Shown here piece by piece: positions 8,704 through 17,540 of a stretch of 64,000 nucleotides of DNA (position 1 is its first letter; every line of letters starts with the position of its first letter). Below the pieces are notes generated by a model. That model made no database searches, was not told the origin of the DNA, and was given only the letters and a program-made list of their open reading frames with translations. A program made the position numbers and the translations under genes. Source of the stretch: Sphingobacteriia bacterium (GTDB taxonomy: Bacteria; Bacteroidota; Bacteroidia; Bacteroidales; UBA7960); contig JBEPXC010000001.1 in NCBI GenBank assembly GCA_041642035.1, forward strand, positions 6,304 through 70,303. Reading direction: 5' to 3'.

Positions 8704-9615
8704 ATGTCTTTTAATAAAACCCAGGAAGAGATTCTCCGCTTAAAAGAAGAGAAAAACGCCGTTATTCTGGCTCATTATTACCAGGTTCCCGATGTTCAGG
8801 ACATTGCTGATCATGTGGGTGATTCGTTTGCCCTGAGCAAGCTGGCTGCCGAACTACCTCATCCACTTATCGTTTTCTGTGGGGTGAGCTTTATGGCTGA
8901 AACTGCCAAAATACTAAGTCCTGAAAAAACGGTACTGTTGCCCGTGCCCCAGGCCGGATGCCCTATGGCAGATATGGTTACGGCACAGGATGTTATTGAG
9001 CTAAAGAATAACCACCCCGATGCTGCCGTGGTCAGTTATGTCAATTCCTCCACCGAGATAAAAGCCCTGAGTGATATCTGCTGCACATCGGCCAATGCGG
9101 TAAAAATTATCCGCTCCTTACCCCATAAGAAAATCATCTTCCTGCCCGATGAAAACCTGGGATCGTATGCGGCAAGCCAGATACCAGAAAAGGAATTTGT
9201 TCTTTTCAAGGGGTATTGTCCGGTTCATGAAGAGGTAATGGCCATCGATGTAAAAATAGCCAAAGAGTCAACCCCCGGTGCATTATTTGTGGTGCATCCC
9301 GAATGCCGCCCTGACGTACTCCAGCAGGCTGATTTTGTCGGTAGTACCGGGCAAATGCTCAGCTTTATCGAAAAGAGTGCCCACGATTCCTTTATCGTGG
9401 GAACCGAAATGGGCATCCTGCACCCGCTGAAGAAAAAACATCCTGAGAAGAAGTTTGTAAGCCTCACACCACGTTTCATTTGCCCCAATATGAAGAAAAC
9501 CGGTATTGCCCATGTGCTGAGGAGCTTACAAAATATGAGTCATCCAATAGAAATGGATAAAGAGTTAATGGATAAGGCACGTATCCCCTTGATGCGCATG
9601 TTGGAGGTAAACTAA
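8704..9615 (+). CDS. nadA: Quinolinate synthase
   Basis: NAVILAHYYQVPDVQDIADHVGDSFALS and HPEC motifs, 303 aa, followed directly by nadB and nadC. Confidence 0.93.
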   Translation: MSFNKTQEEILRLKEEKNAVILAHYYQVPDVQDIADHVGDSFALSKLAAELPHPLIVFCGVSFMAETAKILSPEKTVLLPVPQAGCPMADMVTAQDVIELKNNHPDAAVVSYVNSSTEIKALSDICCTSANAVKIIRSLPHKKIIFLPDENLGSYAASQIPEKEFVLFKGYCPVHEEVMAIDVKIAKESTPGALFVVHPECRPDVLQQADFVGSTGQMLSFIEKSAHDSFIVGTEMGILHPLKKKHPEKKFVSLTPRFICPNMKKTGIAHVLRSLQNMSHPIEMDKELMDKARIPLMRMLEVN

Positions 9616-9637
9616 ATATATACAAGCTTTGTGGCCC

Positions 9638-11194
9638 ATGAGAAGGTTCCTATTCAACAGTCAACCGAAAACTTCACACTCTTTTGATGTGATCATTGTC
9701 GGTGGTGGTTTATCGGGACTTTATACCGCCCTGTTGCTCGACCCCAAGCTCTCCGTTGCCCTGGTGGTAAAAACGCCCATCGAAAAATGCAATTCTTCGC
9801 TTGCCCAGGGAGGCATTGCGGCTGCCGTAGATAAGGAAGACGACGCTCAGCTTCATCTCGAAGATACCTTGCTGGCTGCCGCGGGTATTGCCCATGAAGA
9901 GAGCGCCAGGCTTATGGTGGTAAAAGGTCCTGCCGAGATTGCCAGGCTGGCTTCCATGGGGGTGGATTTTGATACCGATGATCAGGGAAACTGGCATACC
10001 ACCATGGAAGGAGCTCATACCCGTGAGCGCATTCTGCATTGCGGAGGCGATGCAACAGGCCGTTTGGTAATGGAAAAATTATCGGCCCTGGTAAGAGGCA
10101 GAAAAAACATTCACCTTTTAGAGAACCATTTCCTGAGCGATATCCTCACCAGCGATCACAACAGGGCCTGTGGGATAGTGACCAACAGCGATGGTTTTAA
10201 TACTTTGCTGGCACCCCATGTGGTGATTTGCACCGGGGGCATTGGAAGCATTTACCAGCATACCACCAATCGAAAAGGTACTACCGGCGATGGAATTGCT
10301 GCAGCCATGCGCGCCGGGGCACAGATGCAGGACATGGAGTTTGTGCAGTTTCATCCTACGGCCTATTATAAACCAGGGAATGCAGAATCGTTTTCGCTTA
10401 TTTCAGAAGCTGTAAGGGGTGAAGGAGCTGTTTTGCGCAACTCCTCCGGCGAGGCATTTATGCAATTCAGGCATCCTATGAAAGACCTTGCTCCCCGCGA
10501 TGTAGTCGCTCGTGAGATCTTCTTCGAGATGCAAAAAGAAGGATCCGATCATGTGTTCCTGGATATCACCTCCCGTTCGGCCAAATTTCTCTCACAACGT
10601 TTTCCAACCATTTATACCTCCTGCTCTCTTGATGGTTTGAAGATGGAGCGCGACATGATACCTGTTTTGCCTGTGCAACATTATTTTATGGGAGGGATAA
10701 AAACCAATGTTCATGCACAAACCAGTATTCCGGGTCTTTTTGCCTGTGGCGAAGCGGCCTGCACCGGGGTTCATGGTGCCAACCGTCTTGCCAGCAATTC
10801 GTTGCTCGAATGCCTGGTGTTTGCTTCGCAGGCCGCCGGGTTTATCAACAGCCATCCTATCTCTGAACCCCATTCTCTGCCATCTGCGCAGTTCTTCGAG
10901 GCCAATACTTCGGTTGAAGATGCTGAGGAGATGAAAAATCACCTTAAGGCCTTGATGCAGAAGCACGGAGGCATTGCCCGTAATGAAACCGGATTGAAGA
11001 CAGCCCTGGCTGAAGTACAAGAGATTTGCCAGGCATTAGGTCGGTCAAAATTTGAAAACCCTTCGCAAATGGAGGTATTCAATATGGCTATGATATCGGC
11101 GGAAATTCTGGTATCTGCCCTAAAAAGAAAAGAAAGCCTGGGCTCTCATTTCAGAGAAGACTATTCCTTCAAGATACACCCTTTGCAGAGCTGA
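9638..11194 (+). CDS. nadB: L-aspartate oxidase
   Basis: FAD-binding FDVIIVGGGLSGLYTA, plus FVQFHPTA and GLFACGEAACTGVHGANRLASNSLLE. The track ORF starts at a TTG at 9629. The first ATG is at 9638. Confidence 0.93.
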   Translation: MRRFLFNSQPKTSHSFDVIIVGGGLSGLYTALLLDPKLSVALVVKTPIEKCNSSLAQGGIAAAVDKEDDAQLHLEDTLLAAAGIAHEESARLMVVKGPAEIARLASMGVDFDTDDQGNWHTTMEGAHTRERILHCGGDATGRLVMEKLSALVRGRKNIHLLENHFLSDILTSDHNRACGIVTNSDGFNTLLAPHVVICTGGIGSIYQHTTNRKGTTGDGIAAAMRAGAQMQDMEFVQFHPTAYYKPGNAESFSLISEAVRGEGAVLRNSSGEAFMQFRHPMKDLAPRDVVAREIFFEMQKEGSDHVFLDITSRSAKFLSQRFPTIYTSCSLDGLKMERDMIPVLPVQHYFMGGIKTNVHAQTSIPGLFACGEAACTGVHGANRLASNSLLECLVFASQAAGFINSHPISEPHSLPSAQFFEANTSVEDAEEMKNHLKALMQKHGGIARNETGLKTALAEVQEICQALGRSKFENPSQMEVFNMAMISAEILVSALKRKESLGSHFREDYSFKIHPLQS

Positions 11195-11238
11195 AGGTCC
11201 CGACCGGCTCTGCCTACAATAAACACCTGTAATGTCAG

Positions 11239-12078
11239 ATGATTATGTATATAAACGATTCAGTAGAGAAAATAATAGCCCTGGCCCTTGCCGAGGACCT
11301 GGGAACAGGAGATGTTACCACCAGCAGTGTGGTACCAACCGATACAATGGTGAAAGGAAATTTTATAGCCAAGGAAGAGGGAGTGATTTGCGGGCTGGAA
11401 CTTGTGCGTAAGGTATTCTCTTTGCTGGATGAAAAGGTTGAGTTCAGGACGCTTTGCAAGGATGGCGATAAGGTGCAAAACGGCAATTTGCTGGCAGAAA
11501 TAGCCGGTCCTGCTCATGCCATTTTAAGCGGCGAAAGAGTTGCCCTGAACTTCCTACAGCATCTCTCGGGCATTGCCACAAAGACAGCCTTGTTAACCCA
11601 ATCGGTTTCGGGTACCTCACTGAAAATCGTCGATACCCGCAAAACCAATCCCGGAATGCGGGTGCTGGAGAAATATGCCGTAAAATCAGGGGGCGCCTTC
11701 AACCACAGAATGAATCTTTCTGATGGAGTGCTCATAAAAGACAATCATATTAAAGCCGCAGGTGGTATTATTCCTGCTGTTATGGCTGCCCGCGCCCATG
11801 CTCCCCAAACCCTGAAGATTGAGGTGGAAGTGGAATCGCTGGAGCAGGTGCAGCAAGCGCTGGATGCCGGGGCCGATATCATTATGCTCGACAATATGGA
11901 TATGGAGACCATGAGCAGGGCCGTGAAACTTGTCAATGGCAAAGCCCTTACCGAAGCATCCGGAAATATGGATCAGAAAAACCTGCTGGAAGTGGCCGCT
12001 ACAGGGGTCGATATGGTCTCTGTGGGTGCCTTGACCCATACGGTAAAAGCCATGGATATAAGTCTGCGGTTTGTATAA
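11239..12078 (+). CDS. nadC: Nicotinate-nucleotide diphosphorylase (carboxylating)
   Basis: ALAEDLGTGDVTT, RVALNFLQHLSGIAT, DTRKTNPGMR, IMLDNM. 279 aa. Third gene of the NAD biosynthesis operon. Confidence 0.93.
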   Translation: MIMYINDSVEKIIALALAEDLGTGDVTTSSVVPTDTMVKGNFIAKEEGVICGLELVRKVFSLLDEKVEFRTLCKDGDKVQNGNLLAEIAGPAHAILSGERVALNFLQHLSGIATKTALLTQSVSGTSLKIVDTRKTNPGMRVLEKYAVKSGGAFNHRMNLSDGVLIKDNHIKAAGGIIPAVMAARAHAPQTLKIEVEVESLEQVQQALDAGADIIMLDNMDMETMSRAVKLVNGKALTEASGNMDQKNLLEVAATGVDMVSVGALTHTVKAMDISLRFV

Positions 12079-12259
12079 AGCAGTTAAAGATCGCAGGTTC
12101 TGCGATCTTTTCAATAGGATTGAAATGCTCTGAGTGTAGCCTTGGCTGCATGATGTGGAAAATAATTGCGTTTATCTTTTTATTCATTAACCAGCCCGGT
12201 GTTGGATACTCCTGTCGGGGGCATTTGGAGCATCAGGGCACAATAAAACGAACAAAATT

Positions 12260-13612
12260 ATGATGAACAGACACAAAATTTATTTCTGGTCACTCAGCGT
12301 TTCGTTGGGTGGCTTTCTTTTTGGTATGGATACGGCTCTTATATCGGGGGTAGAGCGAACCGTACAGCAGCTGTGGCAGATGAGCAACGCCATGACCGGG
12401 CAGATGGTTGCCATGGCCTTGTATGGCACAGTGATCGGCGCCCTTTTAGGCGGGATGCCCGCGCAGTACCTGGGCCGGAAAAAGACCTTGTTCATCATTG
12501 CCGTGGTATTCCTGGCCTCGGCAGTAGGCTCGGCCCTGGCGCCTGACCCCTGGTACCTGATGTTTTTCCGCTTTATTGGCGGATTAAGTGTAGGGGCCTC
12601 CTCGGTGGTGGCACCCATGTACATCGCCGAACTATCGCCCAAAGAAAAAAGAGGACAGCTCACGGCTCTGTTCCAGTTTAATATTGTGTTGGGCATCATG
12701 GTGGCCTATTTTTCCAACTGGGTTATTGGTGCAGGAGTTGGCGAGTCATGGCGCTGGATGCTGGGTGTAGAAGCCTTTCCTGCCCTTTTGTTTGCCATAT
12801 TGGTATTGCTGGTGCCCGAAAGCCCTCGTTGGCTGGTACTTAAAAAAGGCGAAGATGACGAGGCTTTGCGCATTTTAGCCATTATCGATCCTGCCAATGC
12901 AGAAAAATCGCTCCAAACCATTAAGGAAAGCCGGTTTAAGAAATCTGAGGCAGGATTGAAAGAGTTCTTCTCGGGTCGCTATAGCCTACCCATATTGCTG
13001 GTGATTCTTTTTGCCTTTTTCAACCAGGTGTCGGGTATCAATGCCATCATATATTACGCTCCCCGCATCTTTGAATCATCGGGTATGGCTGCCGGTTCAG
13101 CATTGCTCTCGTCGGTAGGTATCGGTGTTGTTAATATTGTATTTACCATGCTTGGACTGGCACTCATTGATCGCATGGGTCGCCGGTTTTTAATGTATGT
13201 AGGCTCCATTGGTTATATTATTTCCCTTTCGCTGGTGTCTTTTGTTTTTGCTACCGGTGTTGGTACGGGCACCATCTTACTGCCTGCATTGCTGTTTGTA
13301 TTTATTGCCGCCCATGCCATCGGACAAGGTGCTGTGATTTGGGTTTTTATTTCAGAGATTTTCCCCAATAAGGTTCGTTCGTGGGGCAATTCGCTGGGTA
13401 GTGGCACCCACTGGGTTTTCGCAGCCGTTATAGCAGGAGGATTTCCTTATCTGGCCGGACGTTTCGGACAAGCGCCCATCTTTGCCTTCTTTGCCTTTAT
13501 GATGGTCTTGCAACTGCTTTTCGTATGGAAGATGATGCCCGAAACCAAAGGTGTTTCGCTTGAAGAAATTGAGAAGAGAATGGTGAAAAATGAACTAAAA
13601 ACGAAAAACTAA
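12260..13612 (+). CDS. Sugar porter family MFS transporter
   Basis: GRKKTL, PESPRWL and PETKG motifs with 12-TM hydropathy. 450 aa. Confidence 0.88.
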   Translation: MMNRHKIYFWSLSVSLGGFLFGMDTALISGVERTVQQLWQMSNAMTGQMVAMALYGTVIGALLGGMPAQYLGRKKTLFIIAVVFLASAVGSALAPDPWYLMFFRFIGGLSVGASSVVAPMYIAELSPKEKRGQLTALFQFNIVLGIMVAYFSNWVIGAGVGESWRWMLGVEAFPALLFAILVLLVPESPRWLVLKKGEDDEALRILAIIDPANAEKSLQTIKESRFKKSEAGLKEFFSGRYSLPILLVILFAFFNQVSGINAIIYYAPRIFESSGMAAGSALLSSVGIGVVNIVFTMLGLALIDRMGRRFLMYVGSIGYIISLSLVSFVFATGVGTGTILLPALLFVFIAAHAIGQGAVIWVFISEIFPNKVRSWGNSLGSGTHWVFAAVIAGGFPYLAGRFGQAPIFAFFAFMMVLQLLFVWKMMPETKGVSLEEIEKRMVKNELKTKN

Positions 13613-13622
13613 GAACTAATAG

Positions 13623-13639
13623 CTAAAAGTGAAAAGTGA
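13623..13639. repeat. Left arm of a perfect 17-bp inverted repeat (CTAAAAGTGAAAAGTGA)
   Basis: It is the exact reverse complement of 14877-14893. It starts 11 nt after the MFS stop codon and is built from a heptamer doublet AAAGTGA-AAAGTGA. Confidence 0.9.
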
Positions 13640-13704
13640 TGTGTGAACTGTGATGGGTGATGGTGATGTGTTGGATGCGATCAATACGTTCCTTTGAGGT
13701 TGGC

Positions 13705-14322
13705 TTATCCATATATTTTTATAAAATCCTTTTTGGCGGATGTAAGGGCAAAATCTTTCAGCGCACCTTTTTCAACCATATCAACCTTTTTATGAATCTG
13801 TTGCTCAATGGAATGCGATATATCCATCAGATCGAACATAGAATAATTATGCCCTTCTGTCATTTCTATCATAAGATCCAGATCACTATCCGGTTGGTCT
13901 GTATTTCTTGCAAAGGAGCCAAAGATCCAGGCGGTTTTCACGCGAGCCTCATTTTTCAATACCTCCTTCAGTTTTTCTATGATCTCTTGCCGGTCCGCTG
14001 GGGTTGTTGTCTTTTTGTAGGTTATCAATTCTTCAGCTGCTTTTAACGCTTTAAGGGCATGCTTTTCATCAATAATTTCATATACCAGCTTGTCGGCCAG
14101 CCATGCCACCAGCAAATGCTCCTCCTTAATGCCAAAGCAAGAAGATAGTTTTATGATCTTTTCGCGGGTTGCTTTGCGTTGCCCTCTTTCAATTTTACTC
14201 AGAATTGCCTGATCAATATCTATGTCTGCGGCAACCTTACGCAGAGGAAGTTCTTTGTGTTTTCGATGTCTTCTGATAATCTCTCCTAAAGTTTCCATTA
14301 TTGACAACAATTGTTTTGACAT
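13705..14322 (-). CDS. Fused XRE-type HTH + minimal nucleotidyltransferase (MNT-like) protein
   Basis: N-terminal LPLRKVAADIDIDQAILSKIERGQRKATREKIIKLS is an HTH_XRE. C-terminal AWIFGSFARNTDQPDSDLDLMIE matches the GS-x10-DxD NTase motif. The -7 box at 14330-14337 makes the second ATG (14298, METLGEII) the more likely start. Confidence 0.8.
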   Translation of the reverse strand: MSKQLLSIMETLGEIIRRHRKHKELPLRKVAADIDIDQAILSKIERGQRKATREKIIKLSSCFGIKEEHLLVAWLADKLVYEIIDEKHALKALKAAEELITYKKTTTPADRQEIIEKLKEVLKNEARVKTAWIFGSFARNTDQPDSDLDLMIEMTEGHNYSMFDLMDISHSIEQQIHKKVDMVEKGALKDFALTSAKKDFIKIYG

Positions 14323-14329
14323 TATTTGT

Positions 14330-14337
14330 CAAAGGTA
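14330..14337 (-). promoter_or_regulatory. Candidate -7 promoter box (TACCTTTG on minus strand) for the HTH-NTase gene
   Basis: Plus strand reads caaaggta. The motif ends 7 nt before the first ATG, so transcripts would be near-leaderless for 14322 or carry about a 30-nt leader for 14298. Confidence 0.4.
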
Positions 14338-14372
14338 ATTATTTTAAGTCACATAAAAGCAGGCCAGTCGGG

Positions 14373-14425
14373 TGCCATTGCGCTGCCAAAGAGTGTTTTC
14401 CCTGCACAAAAGGATTTCACAGTGC
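14373..14425. other. Conserved ~53-nt hairpin element, copy A (paralog of 21865-21918)
   Basis: tgccattGCGCTGccaaagagtgttttccctgcacaaaaggatttcaCAGTGC versus tgccattGCGCTGtcgtaaagtgatgttcctgcacctaaaggttttcgCAGCGC. Both are in the same orientation, both have a 6-bp closing stem, and roughly three quarters of positions are identical by eye. Confidence 0.7.
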
Positions 14426-14461
14426 CCATTATCTACATGTGGATTTATTTCTATCGATATT

Positions 14462-14485
14462 ATGCCCCGCTGGGGCATTTTCTTC
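14462..14485 (+). terminator. Rho-independent-terminator-like hairpin (ATGCCCC gct GGGGCAT + TTTCTTCCTTT)
   Basis: Perfect 7-bp GC-rich stem, 3-nt loop, and a T-rich tail on the plus strand only. No annotated plus-strand gene ends here. Confidence 0.5.
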
Positions 14486-14639
14486 CTTTCAGCTTCCAGC
14501 TGTAATCCAGGCGTTTATATCCTGAATAGATTTCGGGATGATCCGTCTATGCTGCTTGATTGGGATGAATGGTAAGGGAGCAGTGCTGGTTTATGGATGC
14601 AGGCACTTATCAGAAAAAATAGTGAAGTTATTTCCTGTG

Positions 14640-14847
14640 CAATTTAGGGGTATAGCAGAAAAGTTGGTACAGGCGTCACCCTTCCATACTTGTAGGGAAG
14701 GGCCGGGGATGGGTCAAAAGAAAAGTCAGGACAGGCGTCACCCTTCCATGGCGGATGGGCCATCCCGACGCGAAGCGATATGAGAGTAGGAGATAAGAGC
14801 TTTTAAACCAGACGTTTCCATGTCCTGCGGACGATGGAAAGTCTTCC
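14640..14847. repeat. Mosaic repeat cluster (family C modules plus one family A palindromic unit at 14808-14845)
   Basis: gcgtcacccttcc occurs twice, along with gggaagggccggggatgggtcaaaag. Then comes ccagacgtttccatgtcctgcggacgatggaaagtctt, the reverse orientation of the family A unit. Confidence 0.85.
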
Positions 14848-14876
14848 CGTATCTTTCTTCCAACTTCCAGATTAAG

Positions 14877-14893
14877 TCACTTTTCACTTTTAG
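14877..14893. repeat. Right arm of the perfect 17-bp inverted repeat (TCACTTTTCACTTTTAG)
   Basis: Exact reverse complement of 13623-13639. A further partial copy tcacttttcacttt follows at about 14897-14910, abutting the SSS transporter stop codon. Confidence 0.9.
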
Positions 14894-14909
14894 TTTTTCA
14901 CTTTTCACT

Positions 14910-16709
14910 TTATTTTATCACCTTCTCCCAGCCCACTCTCGAGAGGTTACGGTAGATGATAAACCCGGCTACGGCTGCGATGGCCAGGAATATGATGGCT
15001 GAGGTGTACTGACCGAAAATCAGGCGGCCGATGCCAAAGAGGGAAAACAGTACCAGGAAACATCCGGCGAAATAATTTACAAACATCATCCCGAAGCCTT
15101 TGTCGCCCTCAACTTCTGGCAACTGGTCTGCCACAGGCTTCCAGCCTATGCCCCCGGGATGCACTTTTTTGTAAAACTCCAGCAGTTTCTCGTTTTTGGT
15201 AGGCTTGGTGAGGAAAGTCACCGTAAGCCACACCAGGGTTGACCAGGCTACTATGATGAGTAGGGTAGGCTCGAAATCCATCTTGTAGTGAAAGGCCAGG
15301 ATAGGATATACGGCATAGGGTGCTATCATGGCGGCTATCTCTGACCAGGCATTGATGCGCCACCAGAACCAACGTAGCAACAACACAACCCCGATGCCAC
15401 CGCTACAGGCAAGGATGAATCGCCAGGCGTCGCTGATGCGGTCGAATTGGGTGGTGATGAGCAGCGAAAAGATAATCAGCAGAAAGGTGGTGATGCGCGA
15501 CACCTTTACGTAGTACTTCTCGTCGGCACCGGGTTTAATAAAGGGTTTGTAGAGGTCGTTGACGATGTAGGAGGTGCCCCAAACCGTTTGCGAGGCGATG
15601 GTCGACATATAGGCGGCAAGGAAAGCGGCCAGCAGAAGTCCCATAAGACCCGAAGGCAAGAGGTCGCGGATGACCATCACGTAGGTGGCTCCTTTGTCGG
15701 TGGCGTCGGGATACATGACCAGCGCGGCCAGTGCAACGATGATCCATGGCCAGGGCCTGATGGCGAAATGGGCTATCTGAAACCACAGCGTGGCAAAGAG
15801 AGAATTCTTTTCGTCTTTTGCCGACATCATCCGCTGGGCAACATAACCACCGCCCCCGGGTTCGGCACCGGGATACCAGCTGGCCCACCACTGCACGCCC
15901 AGGTAGGCCACCACCGCCACCACACTCATGCGTAATATTCCGCTGGTGTTAAGACCGGCATCAGAGCCCACCACGGGCAGAAAATCAAATACCCAGTCTA
16001 CGTGAGCCAGCGATTCTTTCAGTCCGTCGATACCCCCCACATGACGCAGGGCCACCACCGCAAGGATGATGCTTCCACCCATGGCTATGACAAACTGGAA
16101 CGAATCGGTTATAGATACCCCCCATAAGCCCGAGATCGACGAATAGACGGCCACAAAGAGCATCATCATGCCCACCACCATCAGGTGCGCGCTGAAATGA
16201 ATGCCCAGCAGGCTCACGTGGCTAAGGCCAAATACGGTCAGGTCGGGAAACATCACCTGCAGGATTTTCACCATGGCCAGGTTTACCCATGCCATGACCA
16301 CAGCATTCATGATCACCCCGATGTATATGGCTCTGAATCCTCTCAGGAAACGGGCTTCACGGCCTGAATAGCGGATGGCCACAAATTCGGTATCGGTCAT
16401 GATGCCTGCCCTGCGCCACAGTCGGGCAAAGAAGAATACGGTAAGCATACCGCCAAAGAGCATGTTCCACCACAGCCAGTTGCCCGAGATACCGCCCTGG
16501 GCCACCAGTTCGGTCACGGCCAGTGGGGTGTCGGCAGCGAAGGTGGTGGCCACCATGCTTGTGCCGGCCACATACCAGGGGAGGTTGCGTCCGGTAAGGA
16601 AGAAGTCGCTGGTGCTTTTACCCGCCCGTTTCGACATATACAGGCTGATGCCCATACTAAAGACGAGAAATCCGCCAATTATGATCCAGTCTAAGAGAGA
16701 GATATACAT
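14910..16709 (-). CDS. Sodium:solute symporter (SSS) family transporter
   Basis: 599 aa and polytopic. The N-terminus LDWIIIGGFLVFSMGISLYMSKRAGKSTSDFFLTGRNLPWYVAGTSMVATTFAADTPL is typical of SSS/SLC5-like carriers. Confidence 0.85.
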   Translation of the reverse strand: MYISLLDWIIIGGFLVFSMGISLYMSKRAGKSTSDFFLTGRNLPWYVAGTSMVATTFAADTPLAVTELVAQGGISGNWLWWNMLFGGMLTVFFFARLWRRAGIMTDTEFVAIRYSGREARFLRGFRAIYIGVIMNAVVMAWVNLAMVKILQVMFPDLTVFGLSHVSLLGIHFSAHLMVVGMMMLFVAVYSSISGLWGVSITDSFQFVIAMGGSIILAVVALRHVGGIDGLKESLAHVDWVFDFLPVVGSDAGLNTSGILRMSVVAVVAYLGVQWWASWYPGAEPGGGGYVAQRMMSAKDEKNSLFATLWFQIAHFAIRPWPWIIVALAALVMYPDATDKGATYVMVIRDLLPSGLMGLLLAAFLAAYMSTIASQTVWGTSYIVNDLYKPFIKPGADEKYYVKVSRITTFLLIIFSLLITTQFDRISDAWRFILACSGGIGVVLLLRWFWWRINAWSEIAAMIAPYAVYPILAFHYKMDFEPTLLIIVAWSTLVWLTVTFLTKPTKNEKLLEFYKKVHPGGIGWKPVADQLPEVEGDKGFGMMFVNYFAGCFLVLFSLFGIGRLIFGQYTSAIIFLAIAAVAGFIIYRNLSRVGWEKVIK

Positions 16710-16835
16710 GAATGGTTTGTAGGTTTAGGGTTTATTAGTTTAGGGTTTAATGATGTTTAGGGTTTAAAAAGTTTAAGGTGTAATTAATTTTAAAACCCGG
16801 CCATTGCAAAAATATGCAAAAGTTGGGATAAATAG

Positions 16836-16873
16836 AAGACTTTCCATCGTCCGGATGACATGGAAACGTCTGG
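16836..16873. repeat. Family A palindromic unit (AAGACTTTCCATCGTCC ggat GACATGGAAACGTCTGG)
   Basis: Folds by eye into about 15 bp with two single-nt bulges. The same unit occurs at 14808-14845, 19178-19237, 60125-60183, 60241-60321, 60409-60440 and 63913-63953, with a partial copy at 28373-28412. Confidence 0.85.
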
Positions 16874-17051
16874 AATGAGAGCTCTTGAATATATGGGGAC
16901 GGTGCGACTCCCTTTCGGGTCTTTTGACCCATCCCCGGCCCTTCCCTTCCTGAAACGAGTTACCAATGACAACTTTGTAATTAATTGATTCTCTGTGCGT
17001 AAAAATTATACTCATCTAAAAATTAATTATAGTATTGATCGGAGCGCCCAT

Positions 17052-17462
17052 CCGGCCTTGGAGAATTCCCGGTAACAAGTCTTAGTGAAACGGAGCTTTT
17101 TGAACCGAGCCCTCAGCGAGCTCAATGTGACCTATTTAATCAAATTATGAGCACATTAAAAGTTTGCAGTTCCGCAAGCAGTAATCATTATTCAATGATA
17201 AAAACTTTCTTTGCGGAACATTCAAACTTTTAGCGGAGTGAACTTAGACTTGTCGGGAACCGAGCCCGGAGGGCGAGCTCAATGTGGCCTATTTAATCAA
17301 ATTATGACCACATAAAATTATCCGCAGCCTTGAACTTTTGCTTCTTTTGCTTCTTTTGCTTCAAGGCAAAAGAAGAAGAAAGAAAGAAATACGTAAAATC
17401 CTTAATCAAGCTCACTCATTGTCATAATCACATTTTTCGCCCGCGTGGGGGTGTTGGCTCTC
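17052..17462 (+). repeat. Composite structured repeat, family D, copy 2, carrying two extra ~57-nt modules (17102-17158, 17257-17317)
   Basis: Aligns with the reverse complement of 4737-5022. The two inserts gaaccgagccc..gagctcaatgtg.cctatttaatcaaattatga.cacat.aaa are direct repeats of each other and are absent from copy 1. Confidence 0.8.
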
Positions 17463-17540
17463 AGGATGACCGGGAAGGGTGACTCCTGTCCTGATTGTTT
17501 GTTGAATATTTAAGATAGTTATGTTTATTTTTCTTTTATG

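Noticed and set aside
14820-15002. Small ORFs sharing the peptide SxGRWKVF (14820-15002 +, 16790-16972 -, 60234-60458 +)
   Set aside because: The shared peptide is simply the translation of the family A palindromic repeat (gacgatggaaagtc). The frames and lengths outside the repeat are not conserved.
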